Assembly: GCF_006345805.1 (NCBI RefSeq) | Contig: NW_021836175.1 | Coordinates: 1-64,000 of the forward strand | From: Octopus sinensis | Taxonomy: Eukaryota | DNA: 64,000 nucleotides | Direction of reading: 5' to 3' | Shown here: positions 1 through 13,170 of the stretch, one piece after another | Layout of the letters: every line of letters begins with the position of its first letter | Numbering within the stretch: position 1 is the stretch's first letter | Notes under the pieces: generated by a model | Told to the model about the DNA's origin: nothing | Seen by the model: the letters and a program-made list of their open reading frames with translations, nothing else | Database searches by the model: none | Translations under genes and position numbers: made by a program

Positions 1-769
1 TTCTCTCTTAAGATGAGGTTCATATTCTGTAAACCCCTGTGTAGTAGATGAATATTTAAAAGCCTAACTGCGAACAAATGCATTCAAGACCCCATTTATG
101 TCTTTCAAAACATTACTGGTAATAAAACCACGTAGAACTATATCAAACTGCGAACTCAGTAAGGTGTATAAAACAATAAATGTTTCCTGCGACTGATATA
201 TGTACGGTTCGATTGCTTGACTGGACTCGTTCTAATTAAATAAAGTTATAGAATAGTTAAATGTTGGACACTACTAACAATATGCAAAGAAACATCTGAT
301 TAAGCTCTGTGTATAAATTTCACCGACGTCCATTATGTTTCATATCCTTTTGCGCTCGATAAAATTCATTCATGAATTGATATCGATTAAATCGACTAAT
401 CGTTTCCGCAAATGTGTGGCCTTGTGCTAAATTCAAAAATCAATATCATAAATGTCTATATTTTCTATATTTTCTCCAATATTCTCTGTTCAGCATACCT
501 GCTGAATAATATTAAATTGTGAAACAATTTCTGTGTGTTGTTTAGCCATAGAGCGAGTCTAATCGAGATATTTAGTATTGTGAAACGTTTGTTCAGGTTA
601 TGGCTATTCAGTTGCACTTTCCTGAAAGGTCTCTTTCAGTTTAGGCAGCATGGTGTAGTTGCAGTTGAGTGATATGTAATTTGTTATTTATAAACTGACC
701 ACGCATAAGTCCTTTGATGAAAAATGTCACACTGAAATGTGTGTAATATTGATAGAAAAAAAATAATAA

Positions 770-1070
770 CTAGCACCCCCTCGGTTACGAAGGCAAATTT
801 TTTGATCGTGAAATGGACGTGGAAGTGGCTTAAAACCCCCACCGTAATGCATACTCTTAATGGAGTTCTTAGGAAAATTCAGCGTAACAAGGTTGGTCAT
901 TCGAATGACAGGTGCAACTTAAGTTTGGTAGTAGAGTGGACTGGAACGACGTGAAAAGAAATGATTCGCTCACGCCCACCAAGAGCCATCGGGAATCGAA
1001 ATCATGAGCCGAATACCCCAAATTCGAAGGCACGTGCCTTCTCTGAGTATGCGTATGTGCATGTGTAATA
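770..1070 (-). mobile_element. Helitron-like non-autonomous element, 3' part
   Basis: Minus strand ends in hairpin CCTTC-GTAACC-GAGGG, 4 nt, then CTAG|T (770-773), the layout of a Helitron 3' end. 5' end lost in the (TA)n tract. Confidence 0.4.
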
Positions 1071-1071
1071 T

Positions 1072-1125
<54 letters not shown>

Positions 1126-1130
1126 TATAT

Positions 1131-1168
<38 letters not shown>

Positions 1169-1322
1169 TATGTATATATATACAATATATATATGTATAT
1201 ATATAATATATATATGTATATATATATAATATATATATATATATTATATAAATATAATATATATATATATAATATATATATATATATAATATATCTATAT
1301 ATATTATATATATATATAATAT
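1068..1322. repeat. (TA)n microsatellite
   Basis: Direct reading. Confidence 0.95.
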
Positions 1323-1324
1323 AC

Positions 1325-3097
1325 CATTAGGCATTTTCAAGTCAGCAATCCAACTGCTTCTTACCACTGCAGATATAAAATCGGAGGCAGCAACGATTGA
1401 TACATCAATATAAGGAAGACGATGTAATAAAGGCTATTGATGAAATGAAAAACAAACTCAGCTACTGGCCCAGGTGGATTCCCAGCAATCCTTCTAAAAG
1501 TATGTAAGCGAGTCCTAGCAAGACCACTGCAGTTCCTCTTTCAGAGCTTCCTTGTAACTGGCAAACTTCCAAGAAAACTGAAGGAAGGTAAAATATGCCC
1601 TATTCATAAAGGAGGTAGCAGAGCGGAGGCCAAGAACTACAGGCCTATCTCTCTGACCTCACACATCAGCAAGGACATGGAACGAATAGTCAGAAGGAAA
1701 CTAATCACCTTCCTTGAAGAAAATGACTTGCTGCCTGACACCCAACATGGTTTCCGACCAGGAAGAAACTGCTTAACTCAGCTCCTACAACACTATGATT
1801 GGGTGCTGAAACGACTGCTCAACCACTCAAATGTGGAAGTCATATATCACGACTTTGCAAAGGCCTTTGATAAAGTCGATCATGGAATGCTATGTCACAA
1901 ACTGCGTGATCTTGGCATAGTTGGAAAATTGGGAGAATGGCTTCATGCCTTTCTGAAGGATAGAAGCCTGGTGGTAGTAGCCACTTCCACTAACACGCAA
2001 ATAGTGAGCAGTGTTCCGCAGGGCACTGTTTTGGGACCACTATTGTTCATAATGGCCCTCTCAGACATGCCCTCAGCCATGCAGAGTGCCACAATCACAA
2101 GTTATACAGATGATACAAAAGTTTCACAGGCAATACAGAACCCTGAAGACACTAAGCGCCTGCAATGTGAGCTGGACAAAATATACAAGTGGGCTGAAAA
2201 GAATAGCATGCAGTTCAATGCTGAAACGTTTCAAGCTCTATGCTATCAGCACGCAAAACTAAATGCAATACCCAATAAATACACTGGACCTGGAGGGACT
2301 GCAATCCCAGAAGCACAATCAGTGCGAGACCTGGGTATTTACATGAGTGATGACGCAACCTTTCATGTGCATGTTGCTAAATTGGCAATGAAATGTAGGC
2401 GGCTGACCGGATGGATTCTTAGAACCTTCAGAACAAGAGAGACCAGGAAACCATGATGGTCCTCTGGAGGACACTTGTCCTAAGCCACTTTGACTATTGC
2501 TCTCAGCTATGGTCACCATCCAGTGTCAAGTTAATCACAGAACTTGAGGCGATCCAACGAAGCTACACGAGGAAGATAGCCCTTTTGCAGCTTATAAGCT
2601 ATTGGGAAAGACTCAAGAGATTGAAACTCTATTCCTTAGAGCGTAGGCGAGAAAGATATGCCAGAATATACATCTGGAAGATCCTAGAAGGACTTGTCCC
2701 AAACTTTGGCATCGAGAGTTACACAAATGCCAGAACTGGGCGCCACTGCATAGCGCCAAGGACTCCAAATTTGCCATCAAGATGTAGGACAATATACTGT
2801 GATAGCCTGGGATTCCGAGGCCCACAGCTCTTCAATATCCTCCCGAAGAATCTAAGAAACCTGCATGGGGTGGATGCAGGTGTCTTTGAAACTGGATCTC
2901 TTCTTGTCAGATATCCCAGATGAACCAAATTCACGGCAGGAGGTGCAGATGAGGGCAGCTGCATCGAAATATCTCATGCACCAAATGGCAATTGCTAAAA
3001 AGCATTCATGAAGTAAAATCATGTAGTAACACCAAATGGCGGTGCCCAGCATTGTCACAGCTTGTGAGCTGAAACTAGATAAATAAATAAAAAAAAA
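1325..3097 (+). mobile_element. 5'-truncated CR1-clade LINE (family 1)
   Basis: Translates to HKGGSRAEAKNYRPISLTSH...QHGFRPGR...DFAKAFDKV...PQGTVLGP...YTDD and a CR1-type C-terminus (YSLERRRERY, GPQLFNILP); 3' hairpin CAGCT-TGTG-AGCTG (3058-3071) and A-rich tail. Confidence 0.9.
1594..2923 (+). pseudogene. CR1 reverse transcriptase fragment, frameshifted (ORFs 1677-2456 and 2453-2923)
   Basis: RT motifs in the supplied translations; YTDD at 2103-2114; frame break near 2453. Confidence 0.9.
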
Positions 3098-3169
3098 CAG
3101 ATAACTAAATATATATATATACATATATATATATATACATACATAAATATATATGTACATATATATATG

Positions 3170-3201
<32 letters not shown>

Positions 3202-3687
3202 GTGACGTATATTTGCCATTTGAATATGGCATACCCCTAAAGGTGGATGCTACTGTAGTTTGTAGCCCCAGGAAGACACCTCCTCCAGCAGGCTATAGCC
3301 GCTACTGTTTATAACTCGCTCTGAGATTTATCATTGTTTGATTTCCCTTTTTCAATATCAGTGTCAATCGATACTGGAAAAAGTATATGTATTTGTGAGG
3401 GGAACTGACTTCTCGTCGACAAGTATGATTGTCACACGCCGATGATAGGTCAATACCTTGAAACTCGAGTCCGTGTGTATCATGAGTTGAAGACGGGAAG
3501 GATGACTTCCCTTCACAAATACTGATAGGGCACAGAAAGTGTGTCTATAGCCAGCTGGAGGAGGTGTCTTCCTGGGGCTACAAACTACAGTAGCATCCAC
3601 CCTTAGGGGTTAGCCATATTCAAATGGCAAATATACGTCACGATCTGTTGCCGCTACTGTTTATAACTCGCTCTCAGATTTATCATT
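3202..3687. mobile_element. Inverted-repeat element containing an HHR; probable PLE terminal-repeat (pLTR) remnant
   Basis: 97-bp inverted arms 3202-3298 and 3545-3641 (about 4 mismatches); 37-bp direct repeat 3299-3335/3651-3687; HHR in spacer; flanked by (TA)n. Confidence 0.6.
3433..3477 (+). ncRNA. Minimal type I hammerhead ribozyme motif, core variant U4C
   Basis: CACACG-CCGATGA-T-AGGT-CAAT-ACCT-T-GAAAC-TCGA-GTC-CGTGTG: 6-bp stem I, 4-bp stem II, palindromic stem III ACTCGAGT, GUC cleavage triplet 3469-3471. Confidence 0.75.
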
Positions 3688-4414
3688 ATATATATATATA
3701 TATCTGTTAACAGTCATAAAGCTGTAAACAATATTCCAAGCAACATGTATTTATGTAATGATATTTTCAAAATCATATTTCTTTACTGAAATTTACTTCC
3801 GAACGATGAAACCATATCCCATCAGAAAAAAAAAACTTTATAAATATCAAGTACATAAATTCCCACTAACTTTTGTTTCTTGTTTCCGTTGATGCATGTA
3901 TTCGAAAATATGGTTCGTTTTCTTTCTTTTTTCTTCTCATGAAGCAAAATCAAAAATGTTTCCATTCTGTATAATTTGATCGAGAACCAGCAGCTTTCAT
4001 GTTTTATCAGAGCTTCGACTAAAAGTCTCTTTTTATAAAAATTTTCCCCCCTTCCGTGTTTCTAGTTCTGCGATGAAAAAATTTCTTCAAAATTCAAAGT
4101 ACTCTTCAAAACGATAATTTTTTTGGTTTCTATGCAACTTCTAAAAATTTTCAGTATAAACACATATTACAACGGTTTTTAAGCTTTAAAAGTTATATAG
4201 GTACTATATTTCTGTTTTCTGAAGTAAATGTGAACATAAAACGAAGGATTGCTAAAAATAGAGGTGTAAAGCTACAACGCAACTCATAGAATGATATGAG
4301 TGTTCTAACAGTTGAAGGCTGAACGCCGATGTCAATTTGACATTCAATATCGTAAAAAAATACATTATTATAAACAAATCCATTTTATATATACCTTACA
4401 TTTTTCAGTAATTA

Positions 4415-6425
4415 CACTGGGCAACTAAAAAAGATTTATTGTCTGCACTCAGATTAGTCAGGTTTTTGAGCTATACGCATAATTATATATTAATATTATA
4501 TTAGAACAAGGAATACTTAAGTTCAAGGTAACTAATTATTATAATAGTATATTAGTACTGTATGTAGTAAATTTATGTTCAAGGCAAATAGTGTTATAAT
4601 ATAATGGTACATAGTATATTTATGTTAAGGGAATACTCAATTTATTTTTGATATGCTGAACTCAGAAACGTTTGATACACTTGCTCTGGTGATTGTGCGT
4701 CGTGCTGGTCTCTCATTGTAGGAACCAGCAGTAGCCTCCCATCATGTATGGATTGAACTGGCCTTGATACCTCGTTTCCATCTCAGATAAGTCCTGCTGG
4801 AACCTCTCACCATGCTAGTCACTAGGGGCAGGATGATTCGTTGGAAAAAATCGAGAAGAGAATGCAAGAAGTGCATTTTAAGGAACATTCGGCATTCCAT
4901 TCTTTCATACGCCGTTAGCAGGTTGTTTATTAAATCAATATAGTTTTCAACTCTATGATTTCCAAGAAGTTCCGTGCAACTAACACGAATGAATCCCATG
5001 CTGTCAGTTCAACTGGGTTCAGTTTATCACTGAATTTGCTATCAGACATCAATTCTCTGATCTCGGGTCCAATGAAAATGTCTGCTTTCAGTTTTGCGTC
5101 ACGTTTATCTGCACCAGACTTTACATTTAGATACTGAAAGCCACAACCATCGTGTGTCATTGCTTTTACGAAGTTTTTCATGAGGCCGAGTTTGATGTGA
5201 AGGGGTGGAAGGAAGGTATTTTACGGGTCTACCAGTGGCATATGCTGTACCGGTCAACCATGCGCTCATCTCTTTTAGGCCAGTCATTTACAGTGTAATA
5301 ATATTGCTGTCGTCGTGGCTGTCCGAAACACACAATGTGCACATATTTTTAGTATATCCCAGCTGCAGTCCTAGGAGGAGGGAAATGGAAATTTCCGTAC
5401 CTTGCTGTAGGAGATTCTGTTGTTGTAGTTTGGATACCAAAGCCCCTGCCCTCTCCTTTGACAAATTGCTAGGTCTCTAAATAAATCGTTCAAAACTCTT
5501 TGATTAAACTAGCCAGGCTCATTTTTCTTAGAATCAACTATGTACTCTTAGTCAATAGGAGATTCATGGTGTTCATTGTGCGACATGCCAAGATCTTCAA
5601 GTGAATCATGTGAGAGGGAAACTGGGACAGGGTTCTTGAAGTCATGTGGGACCAGTTTTAGAGCCGATTTACAATCTGCATACGCAATTTTGCTTTGGTC
5701 TACTTTGAGAGAATCTATATTAGTCATGCAAATGTAACAATCAGAGACATGATTGGCTGACTTACGCCATACCATTGGTACAGCAAAAGACATTCCCTTC
5801 CGTTTTCCATTAAGCCACTGTATAAGCCCCGAGTAACACACGGTGAAGCATATATGAGGTGCCAACCTCTTGTCTTGGTGCCCAACTTTACACCCGAGAA
5901 GATATTTATAGGCAGTTTTAATTTGATGTCAATGTTCTTCCGCTGGTCACGCGGCGCAATTTTTCCACAGACATAACAAAAGTTGTCTGGATGATTCACA
6001 CAGCCTTTCCTATTCCTGATCTAACACAATGAACACAGTTAAAACAAAAATCACGCCTAGCGAGAGATACTCATACCACACGTGACGGCAGCGCAAGCGG
6101 CACTGAGAGTTACTAAGAACAAACTGATGTATTTGGCATTGTACACAATGAGTCAGCGCCATCTATTGCTAAACTAAATATTGAACATTCTCATCGTTTG
6201 TTTTATTGCTGTGATTTCTTTAATTTTGAATTAAGACCGCTTTCATTTTAACAAATTTTATAAAAGGCATATATCTAGCCAAAAGTATAGTTGTAATCTT
6301 TCCTATGCGTATAACTGAACATCCTGAGGTGCTAGAACAATTCTGAGTCCGGGTTCGTAATCAGCATCCTCGATTTAGTTTAAAACATGCTTTTACCGCA
6401 GTAGCAAACTCTTTGTTGTCCAGTA
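4415..6425 (-). mobile_element. Chapaev3-like (CMC superfamily) DNA transposon, internally deleted
   Basis: Ends CACTGGGCAAC (4415) and GTTGTCCAGTA (to 6425); 3-bp TSD TTA at 4412-4414 and 6426-6428; internal transposase remnant. Family name is from my recollection of these motifs. Confidence 0.75.
4725..6010 (-). pseudogene. Transposase remnant (Cys-rich N-terminus and C-terminus; central part missing)
   Basis: NHPDNFCYVCG, APHICFTVC, FAVPMVWRK..NHVSDCYIC, PPLHIKLGLMKNFVKA, LKMHFLHS, spread over several frames. Confidence 0.85.
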
Positions 6426-6974
6426 TTATGATGCTTCCCCGATAAATCTATTTGCCAAGTTTGAAGATAATTACTGCAAAAACACATAATAGAATCTAAA
6501 GAAAAGCGTTTGTTTCCTTATCTTAAAGTACACGGACATGATGTAATGTTATAATCAGTACAGGTTATATATTAGAAAGCATGCGATTCACGTGTGCAAG
6601 CCACATCGAAAATTCCATATCTTTCAGACGAAAATAGGCGAAATGACTTTAGCATTGGTGCATACATTAGATCGTTTATGCGATACTTCAAAGTAAATCG
6701 CTTCAATGATATATGTATGGGTGCCCATGTGTATGTATGAGTTGATTCTCATTTTAGCTGCATGATTATATCTTTCATTGTTTGATTGTTTCTTAGGCTG
6801 TTACGTAGGTGGAGATAAATATATTCAAACATATACGCGACTGTAGGAATAATATTTTGGCAGAAATAGAAAACTTTCTAATTTGGCAGTCATTTTGCAT
6901 AATATGATCTCTTGCAATTTGGCAGACAACGACATCCGGTGAAATTACACATACATAAATATTGCATGTATATA

Positions 6975-7100
6975 AACACATATGTAAGTATGTATGTATG
7001 TATGTATGTATGTATGTATGTATATATGTATGTATGTATGTATGTTTGTATGTATTTATGTATGTATGTATCTGTTTGCATGCATGTTTCTATGTATGTG
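6975..7100. repeat. (TATG)n microsatellite
   Basis: Direct reading. Confidence 0.95.
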
Positions 7101-7924
7101 CTGCGTGATTGTGTGCGCTTGTGCATGTGAGCTTTATCAGAAACGCTATCGACTTTTACTTCAGTGAATTTGTTCCCCATTTATATGGATAAAATTAACA
7201 AATACACGTTGCTTAGATTATATTCTATTTACACACATGTTTACTAATCTCTTCATTGATTTCTACCAAGCAGATGCATTTAATATATCTCAAACAAGAA
7301 CACACCTCAAATCTATTTAAAACGTCAATGAATACTTGGATTGCAGACCTGTGCAGGCTTACTGAAATATAAAGTTATTCTCATGTTTTCACATTCAACA
7401 AGTGACAAACACCATGTGTTAACATTTCTGCTCAGGTCAACCCATTGTCTGAAAAAAAACACACAGACACTTACACACGAATTATCAGGTGTATACATTC
7501 ATTCATATATATATATATACATATACACATGCATACATATATATTTTATCATTATTTAAAAAGACCGAAAGCAGGTTGGGGAAAGTTGAGTAAACCCAGC
7601 AGCAACATGCACAAGATAACATGTTTTTTCACGTCCGAGCAGCATTCTTTCGGCCATTTTGCTGCCGTTGGGGAACACTTAAAATTTGTAATGGTTCATA
7701 TAGATAGCTAGAGGGTAATGAATGAAACAGGGAGAGAGAAGGGGAGAAAGAGAGAGTAATTCCCATACTGTTTGAAATTCCAGTTTCACGGTCTCCGTCA
7801 GGCTTTTTCAGTTCTATTCCCAGACACCCTATAAAGAAAGGGTTTTGATACAACTTATTACGAACAGTAAGTAATTAATGGGGGTTCGTCTTCTTTCTTT
7901 TTCTTTCTTTCTTCATAAGAAGAA

Positions 7925-9310
7925 GTTGTAACATCAATGCACGTGGTTGTACGGATGTAATAGCCATCTGTGAGATCAGGATTACATGCATATAATTTAC
8001 AGTGTCCATTATTGATCATTCTGAGATCCACGCATTTCTGACCCGACCTGTTATGGCAGGTGGAATGGAGGAGTGGTTACGCATAATCCTGGGTCTTAGA
8101 CACGGTCAATATTCTTGGATATAGACGGCAATATGTTGGTCCTAATCATGAAAAATATCTGTTGTGTGGACGCCCCCAGACGATGAAGTGGGCTAGCCCA
8201 ATACGTACATATAGAGGGAGAAGCCTACACGTCAGGAGTAGCAGTCGGAGAAGCGTTGAGTAGAGTTCAGTAGAGACAAGAACAGAATAGTAGGAGCAGA
8301 GCAGAGTTTAGTAGAAGGCATCCAAACGTGCGACATAACAATATCGAAGGTGACGCAAACCTTAAAAAACAGACTTAGAAAAGTAGTTAAGTGAGAGATG
8401 ACTATGGCACACCGCAAAAACCGACTGTGGTTACCTTGGGAAAATTAGAGTCGATAATTTTAAGAGATCGTGTTTTCTAGAGAAAAAGGTAAGGTAGTTA
8501 GAGATCAAGAAGAAATGAACAGGAGAGGCATTGTGCCTGATATCCTGGTGGCGTTGTTACAGCAAGATGGCTGGCTGCAAGGCATGAGGACGAAGCTGTA
8601 AGGTGGGCCCCAGATCGTAGATGTGGAATATGATAACAAATCCACAATTTGGTTTTAATAAATGATAAGCTGTGCTCGCCTCCCGAATCCAAGCAGATAT
8701 ATAAGGATCTTCAGTGGTACTTAGTTGAACTGTCTGCAGTGCTTGTGAAGACGGGGTTTTTTTGAATTCACTTCCTACTGTAATGACATACCGAAATTCT
8801 CGTATAGGAAAGTATAGTACAGCGATAACAGCTGACTGAATACCGGTATTTGTGGCTTACTGCACAAGTAAGAGACCGCTGGAGCTTAATGGTCTACCCT
8901 ACGAACTTTATCTTTATATATTATAGACTTGCTCTTTGGCCTCTTGGCAGATCTCTATTGCAACTAAAGCAGAACGGGAAATTTTCTCTGCTTGCAAAGC
9001 GAGGTGTAGGGTTTTTGCTGAAAAAGGAGCTAAAGAAGTGTGGTGATTTCGATAACTTCTGACATGCAACCCTAATAAATCTGTGTTAAATATCTTGGTC
9101 AGGTATTTATCAGGTGATTGTGGCCTGCTGTCGACAGTCTGGTACGTTCGAAACAAATATGCGCCATCTCAAACATCTCTGTCCACAACTTCCGTCTCAT
9201 AGGATTCATTATAGAAAGGACGGTTAAAAAGCTTTGAGTAGAGATTTGATCAAATAAGATCAATGGAATCCTTTAGATATGGCTAATCGTCAATACTTGC
9301 AGCTGCTCTA
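7925..9310 (+). mobile_element. Highly decayed L1/Tx1-like LINE (APE start and RT start, large deletions)
   Basis: CNINARG and DVIAICEIRI near 7927-7985 (APE N-terminus); LLKKE..FDNF*HATLIN and VDSLVRSKQICAI..HNFRLIGFIIER near 9015-9230 (Tx1-type RT N-terminus); many stops. Confidence 0.55.
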
Positions 9311-9369
9311 TTTTCTATCTTTTCTAGTTCTTTAATAAGTAGTTTTGAAAATAAAAATAATTCGAGAAA

Positions 9370-10130
9370 CGGTCTGCATTTTTTCTCCCAGATATTGCAT
9401 TACTACAGCTACAAACTCCGGTGAGATTTTGTTCCCATTGCCGTGACTGATATTTGTACGCATGCTGGTTGTCAAAGAGGTGTTTATTTTCCAGTACTAA
9501 ACACAATTCTTCATGTATCAAATCCTTTAACAATCTCTCCTGAATTCTTTGTGGGTATTTGTCAATACAGAATTCAACTACTTCTAATCTTAACCTATGT
9601 GGGATATTTGTATAGACATTGGTTAAGTCAAAGCTAACTACGATTGTCTCTTTCTTTTAAGTTGTAATTGATTTCCTTATATTCACAAATGTTTGGAAGT
9701 CCATAAAATTTACTTCTTTATACCTCTAATTAATTAGTGAAGTAATTTAATCCTTTTTCGTTAAGTCATTTCTTAATTTTCCTTTGAATTTACCAATTTT
9801 ACTTCTTGTTCGTTTATCTGCATTCACTTCCGACATTTGTAGGAATATTGGTCATATAGTTGTTCTAAGACAATTTTCCTGTATCCTTTATTACAATGAC
9901 TTCGCCTTTGTCTATTTCTTTAAAGAGTTTAGAAGAGTATTTCTGTAGAAATTCTAATGGTTTTTGTCCTTCATTTATAATGTTTGTATTTATATGGTTT
10001 GTTGGAATGCTTGAGTATGCAAGTCTCTTCTGACGCATTGTGCATTTCTCTAAGTGTTTATTCCGGTTTCTCGGCGATTTAGATCTGGTTTTGTTTTTCA
10101 CAGGAAGTATTCCTGCTGACAAAGTTTCCT
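9370..10130 (-). pseudogene. Decayed Penelope-like element reverse transcriptase
   Basis: Minus-strand motifs in PLE order: FKEIDKGEVIVI (~9890-9925; cf. K.ADKG..VVI), SKFYGLPNI (~9690-9712; cf. FYGLPKIHK), QISVTAMGTK (~9430-9460; cf. Q..G.AMG). May extend to about 10780. Confidence 0.65.
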
Positions 10131-10809
10131 GCAAAATTCCTCAACACTTTTTAAAAATATCTTTCGTGTCCGGTTTGGAACTTGTTATGCATTTGAGTCC
10201 ATAAACCAGAAGTTTGGTTTCCATGAGGTTTCACTGTGAGAAGTCAATTAATTTTGGGTCGATTGTTTCAATATTTTCTTGACTCTGTATCGCCGGGGAT
10301 TTCTTTCGGTTCTGCTTGGAGTTTCTCTTTCCTAAAAATTCTTCTTGTTTTGTGAGTCATAAGTACCCTGTCTTTCAGTTCTTGTTTTGTATTGGGCTGA
10401 TTTTGCTTGCTTTTTGTAACATCTACATTGATATTGTGTTACATTCGTAAGATTCCTGCATTTCAAAGAAGTTGCATTCTCTTGGTGTGTGGTCTTGTTC
10501 ATCATATGTTCTTTTGTTTCTCTATTTTCGTTTGTTTTTTCAAATGTTATTGTTTGGGAGTTATTTGTTATGGTTGAGTTTATGTTGTTATGAAATAATA
10601 ACAACTCATGGAGAGACGATTTGTTGCCTTTGATTATTTTTAGATTCGACTTGTCAGTATGTACGAGAAGTGTTATGGTTCTTTTGTTTGGTTCCCTAAT
10701 ATTTGTCTTATTTTAATCTTTCAACAATCCTGTTCCGTACTCTGGTTCTAGTATTTTATTTGATTTGGATACTCTCTCTCACACAAACACACACAAATGC
10801 TGCACAATG

Positions 10810-10847
<38 letters not shown>

Positions 10848-11099
10848 ATAATATATATATATGAATAAATAAAAACAGAAAATTCAGTGAAAACATTGTC
10901 TTCTTGAAACAAATTTCAGTTACAAATGTGATGTTGTTGGTAAAGCATGTTCTTTGTCTATCTCCTTATTCTCTTGGAGATTTTGGGTAAAATGATACTA
11001 ATGTGTCCTTCTAATTTAATTAAATTCTATGTCTTTGTGCAGCTGAAGATTGCTCTACAATTTAAATTGATGTAATGAAATCACTGCATTGTTCAATTA

Positions 11100-11158
11100 A
11101 ATGGAGCCGCACGAAACGATCGTACTACATTACCTCTGGATATCCTTGTTGCTTATTT

Positions 11159-11202
<44 letters not shown>

Positions 11203-11261
11203 AAATAAGCAACAAGGATATCCTGAGGTAATGCAGTACGATCGTTTCGTGCGACTACATT
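11100..11261. repeat. Palindrome: ~60-bp arms around a 40-bp (TA)n core
   Basis: Left arm AATGGAGCCGCACGAAACGATCGTACTACATTACCTCTGGATATCC...TTTTG is the reverse complement of 11201-11261 with 4 mismatches. Confidence 0.9.
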
Positions 11262-11766
11262 ATATATATATATATGGATGCACTTACACATACTCATGTA
11301 CACAAACACATGAATACAAACACACACACACAAACATATATCACCCACCCACACATATATGTAATTTACAAGCAAAAGAAGCAGTATCAGTGTCGAACAA
11401 CCACCTTTTTAAAATAGTTTACGTGGATATCCCGTGAGGACACCATGATACTGCGATTTATCGTGTTGAGAAAAATATCCCTGATACTTGCAACTGATGT
11501 AATTTCAACTACATCAATTGCAGGTATCAACACGGATGAAGTTTTGATACTATGCGATGATACTAGATGCTTGCTGCTGAAAAAGTGCAGACTCGCAGAA
11601 ATCACTGACCCACTGCCGCTGCTGGTCATTTTTTAAATTCACTACTGATATTCCTCTTGTTAACATTCGCCTGTTCCCAAGAAAATTTAAAGATAATGAC
11701 GTCACTTTGCTTTCTTTGTTTATGATATATCTAGTAACCACATTGTGTCAACGCTTCCATATTTCT

Positions 11767-11994
11767 TATTTCTTTACTACCCGCAAGGGGCTAAACACAG
11801 AGAGGACAAGGAAGGACAGACAAATGGATTAAGCCGATTATATCGACCCCAGTGCGTAATTGCTACTTATTTAATCGATCCCGAAAGGATGAAAGACAAA
11901 GTCGACCTCGGCGGAATTTGAACTCAGAACGTAACGGCAGACGAAATACCGCTAAGCATTTCGCCCGGTGTGCTAACATTTCTGCCAGCTCGCC
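11767..11994 (-). mobile_element. tRNA-derived SINE family A, monomer
   Basis: Head GGCGAGCTGGCAGAA...GAGTTCAAATTCCGCCGAGG, body GCCTTTCATCCTTTCGGGGTCGAT..AAGTACC, tail AGTAAAGAAATA; TSD-like CCATATTTCT on both sides. Confidence 0.9.
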
Positions 11995-12844
11995 ATATTT
12001 CTACTACTGGAGTAGGATGGGTGATTTCGAAGTCATCTGGCCTTAATCAATGGTGTATTTAGAAAAAGTATTACGCTTATTTTCTTTAGGTGTTTCATAT
12101 ATAACGGTTCAGTACATATTCCTGGATAATCATTTTGTATTTGTTCATAATGTTTAATTTGTGCACATTGATTGTGTCTTTGCTGATCCCTTTAATGACG
12201 TACCAAGTGTAAGTGGGAACTTTACAGGATGTTTTATAATAGTATAATACTATTGTGTTAATACTTGTGTGTCAGTGGCTACTACGCATATACAATTCTT
12301 AATTCTGACCTCATGGCAAGTGAAACAGTATGATCGGAGAGATTGTATCATAATATCGCGATCAAGCTGATTATATCTGTAGACCATAATTATTGGCTAA
12401 CTTTACTTATAAATTAGTTAACGATTAATTCCTATGACTGTATTTTTTTTCTCCTTATATTGGATTAATTAGAAGTGTGCATTAGTTGGACAAGTAAATG
12501 ACATAACACGGCATAAATCAATATATGCGCTTCCAGTGATGCGATATATTCATGAAGTAGTCGGGAATCTAATTACCAAGTAATTACGTATTAATGCTTA
12601 TCTCTATTCATTTATGGAACGAATTGAAGAGGACCTTATTATATGACAAACATAGTTGTATATCTCATATCCGGACATGGCAATTTGTAAACATACAAGT
12701 GGAGAGGAATATGCGGTCGGTTGCATTTAATTAGCAATAACAATATCTTATGTTAAGCTATTCGTGAGATCAGTCCAAACACCTGTCCTCAAATTGTAAT
12801 TAAAACGTACTAATTCTCGTTCTAATTATATCGGCAAATATTTG

Positions 12845-12961
12845 TTTGTATGAGGACGTATGTATGTATCTATGTATGTATGTATGTATCTGTCTGTCTA
12901 TCTATCTATCTACCTACCTACCTACCTACCTACCTACCTACCTACCTACCTACCTACCTAC

Positions 12962-12992
<31 letters not shown>

Positions 12993-13005
12993 CCTACCTA
13001 CCTAC

Positions 13006-13096
<91 letters not shown>

Positions 13097-13170
13097 CCTA
13101 CCTACCTTCCCTACCTGCCTATCTACCTACCTATCTATCTACCTATCTATCTATCTATCTATCTATCTGT
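12845..13170. repeat. Compound (TATG)/(TATC)/(TACC)/(TGTC) microsatellite
   Basis: Direct reading; explains ORFs 12846-13271, 12850-13251 and 12860-13231. Confidence 0.95.
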
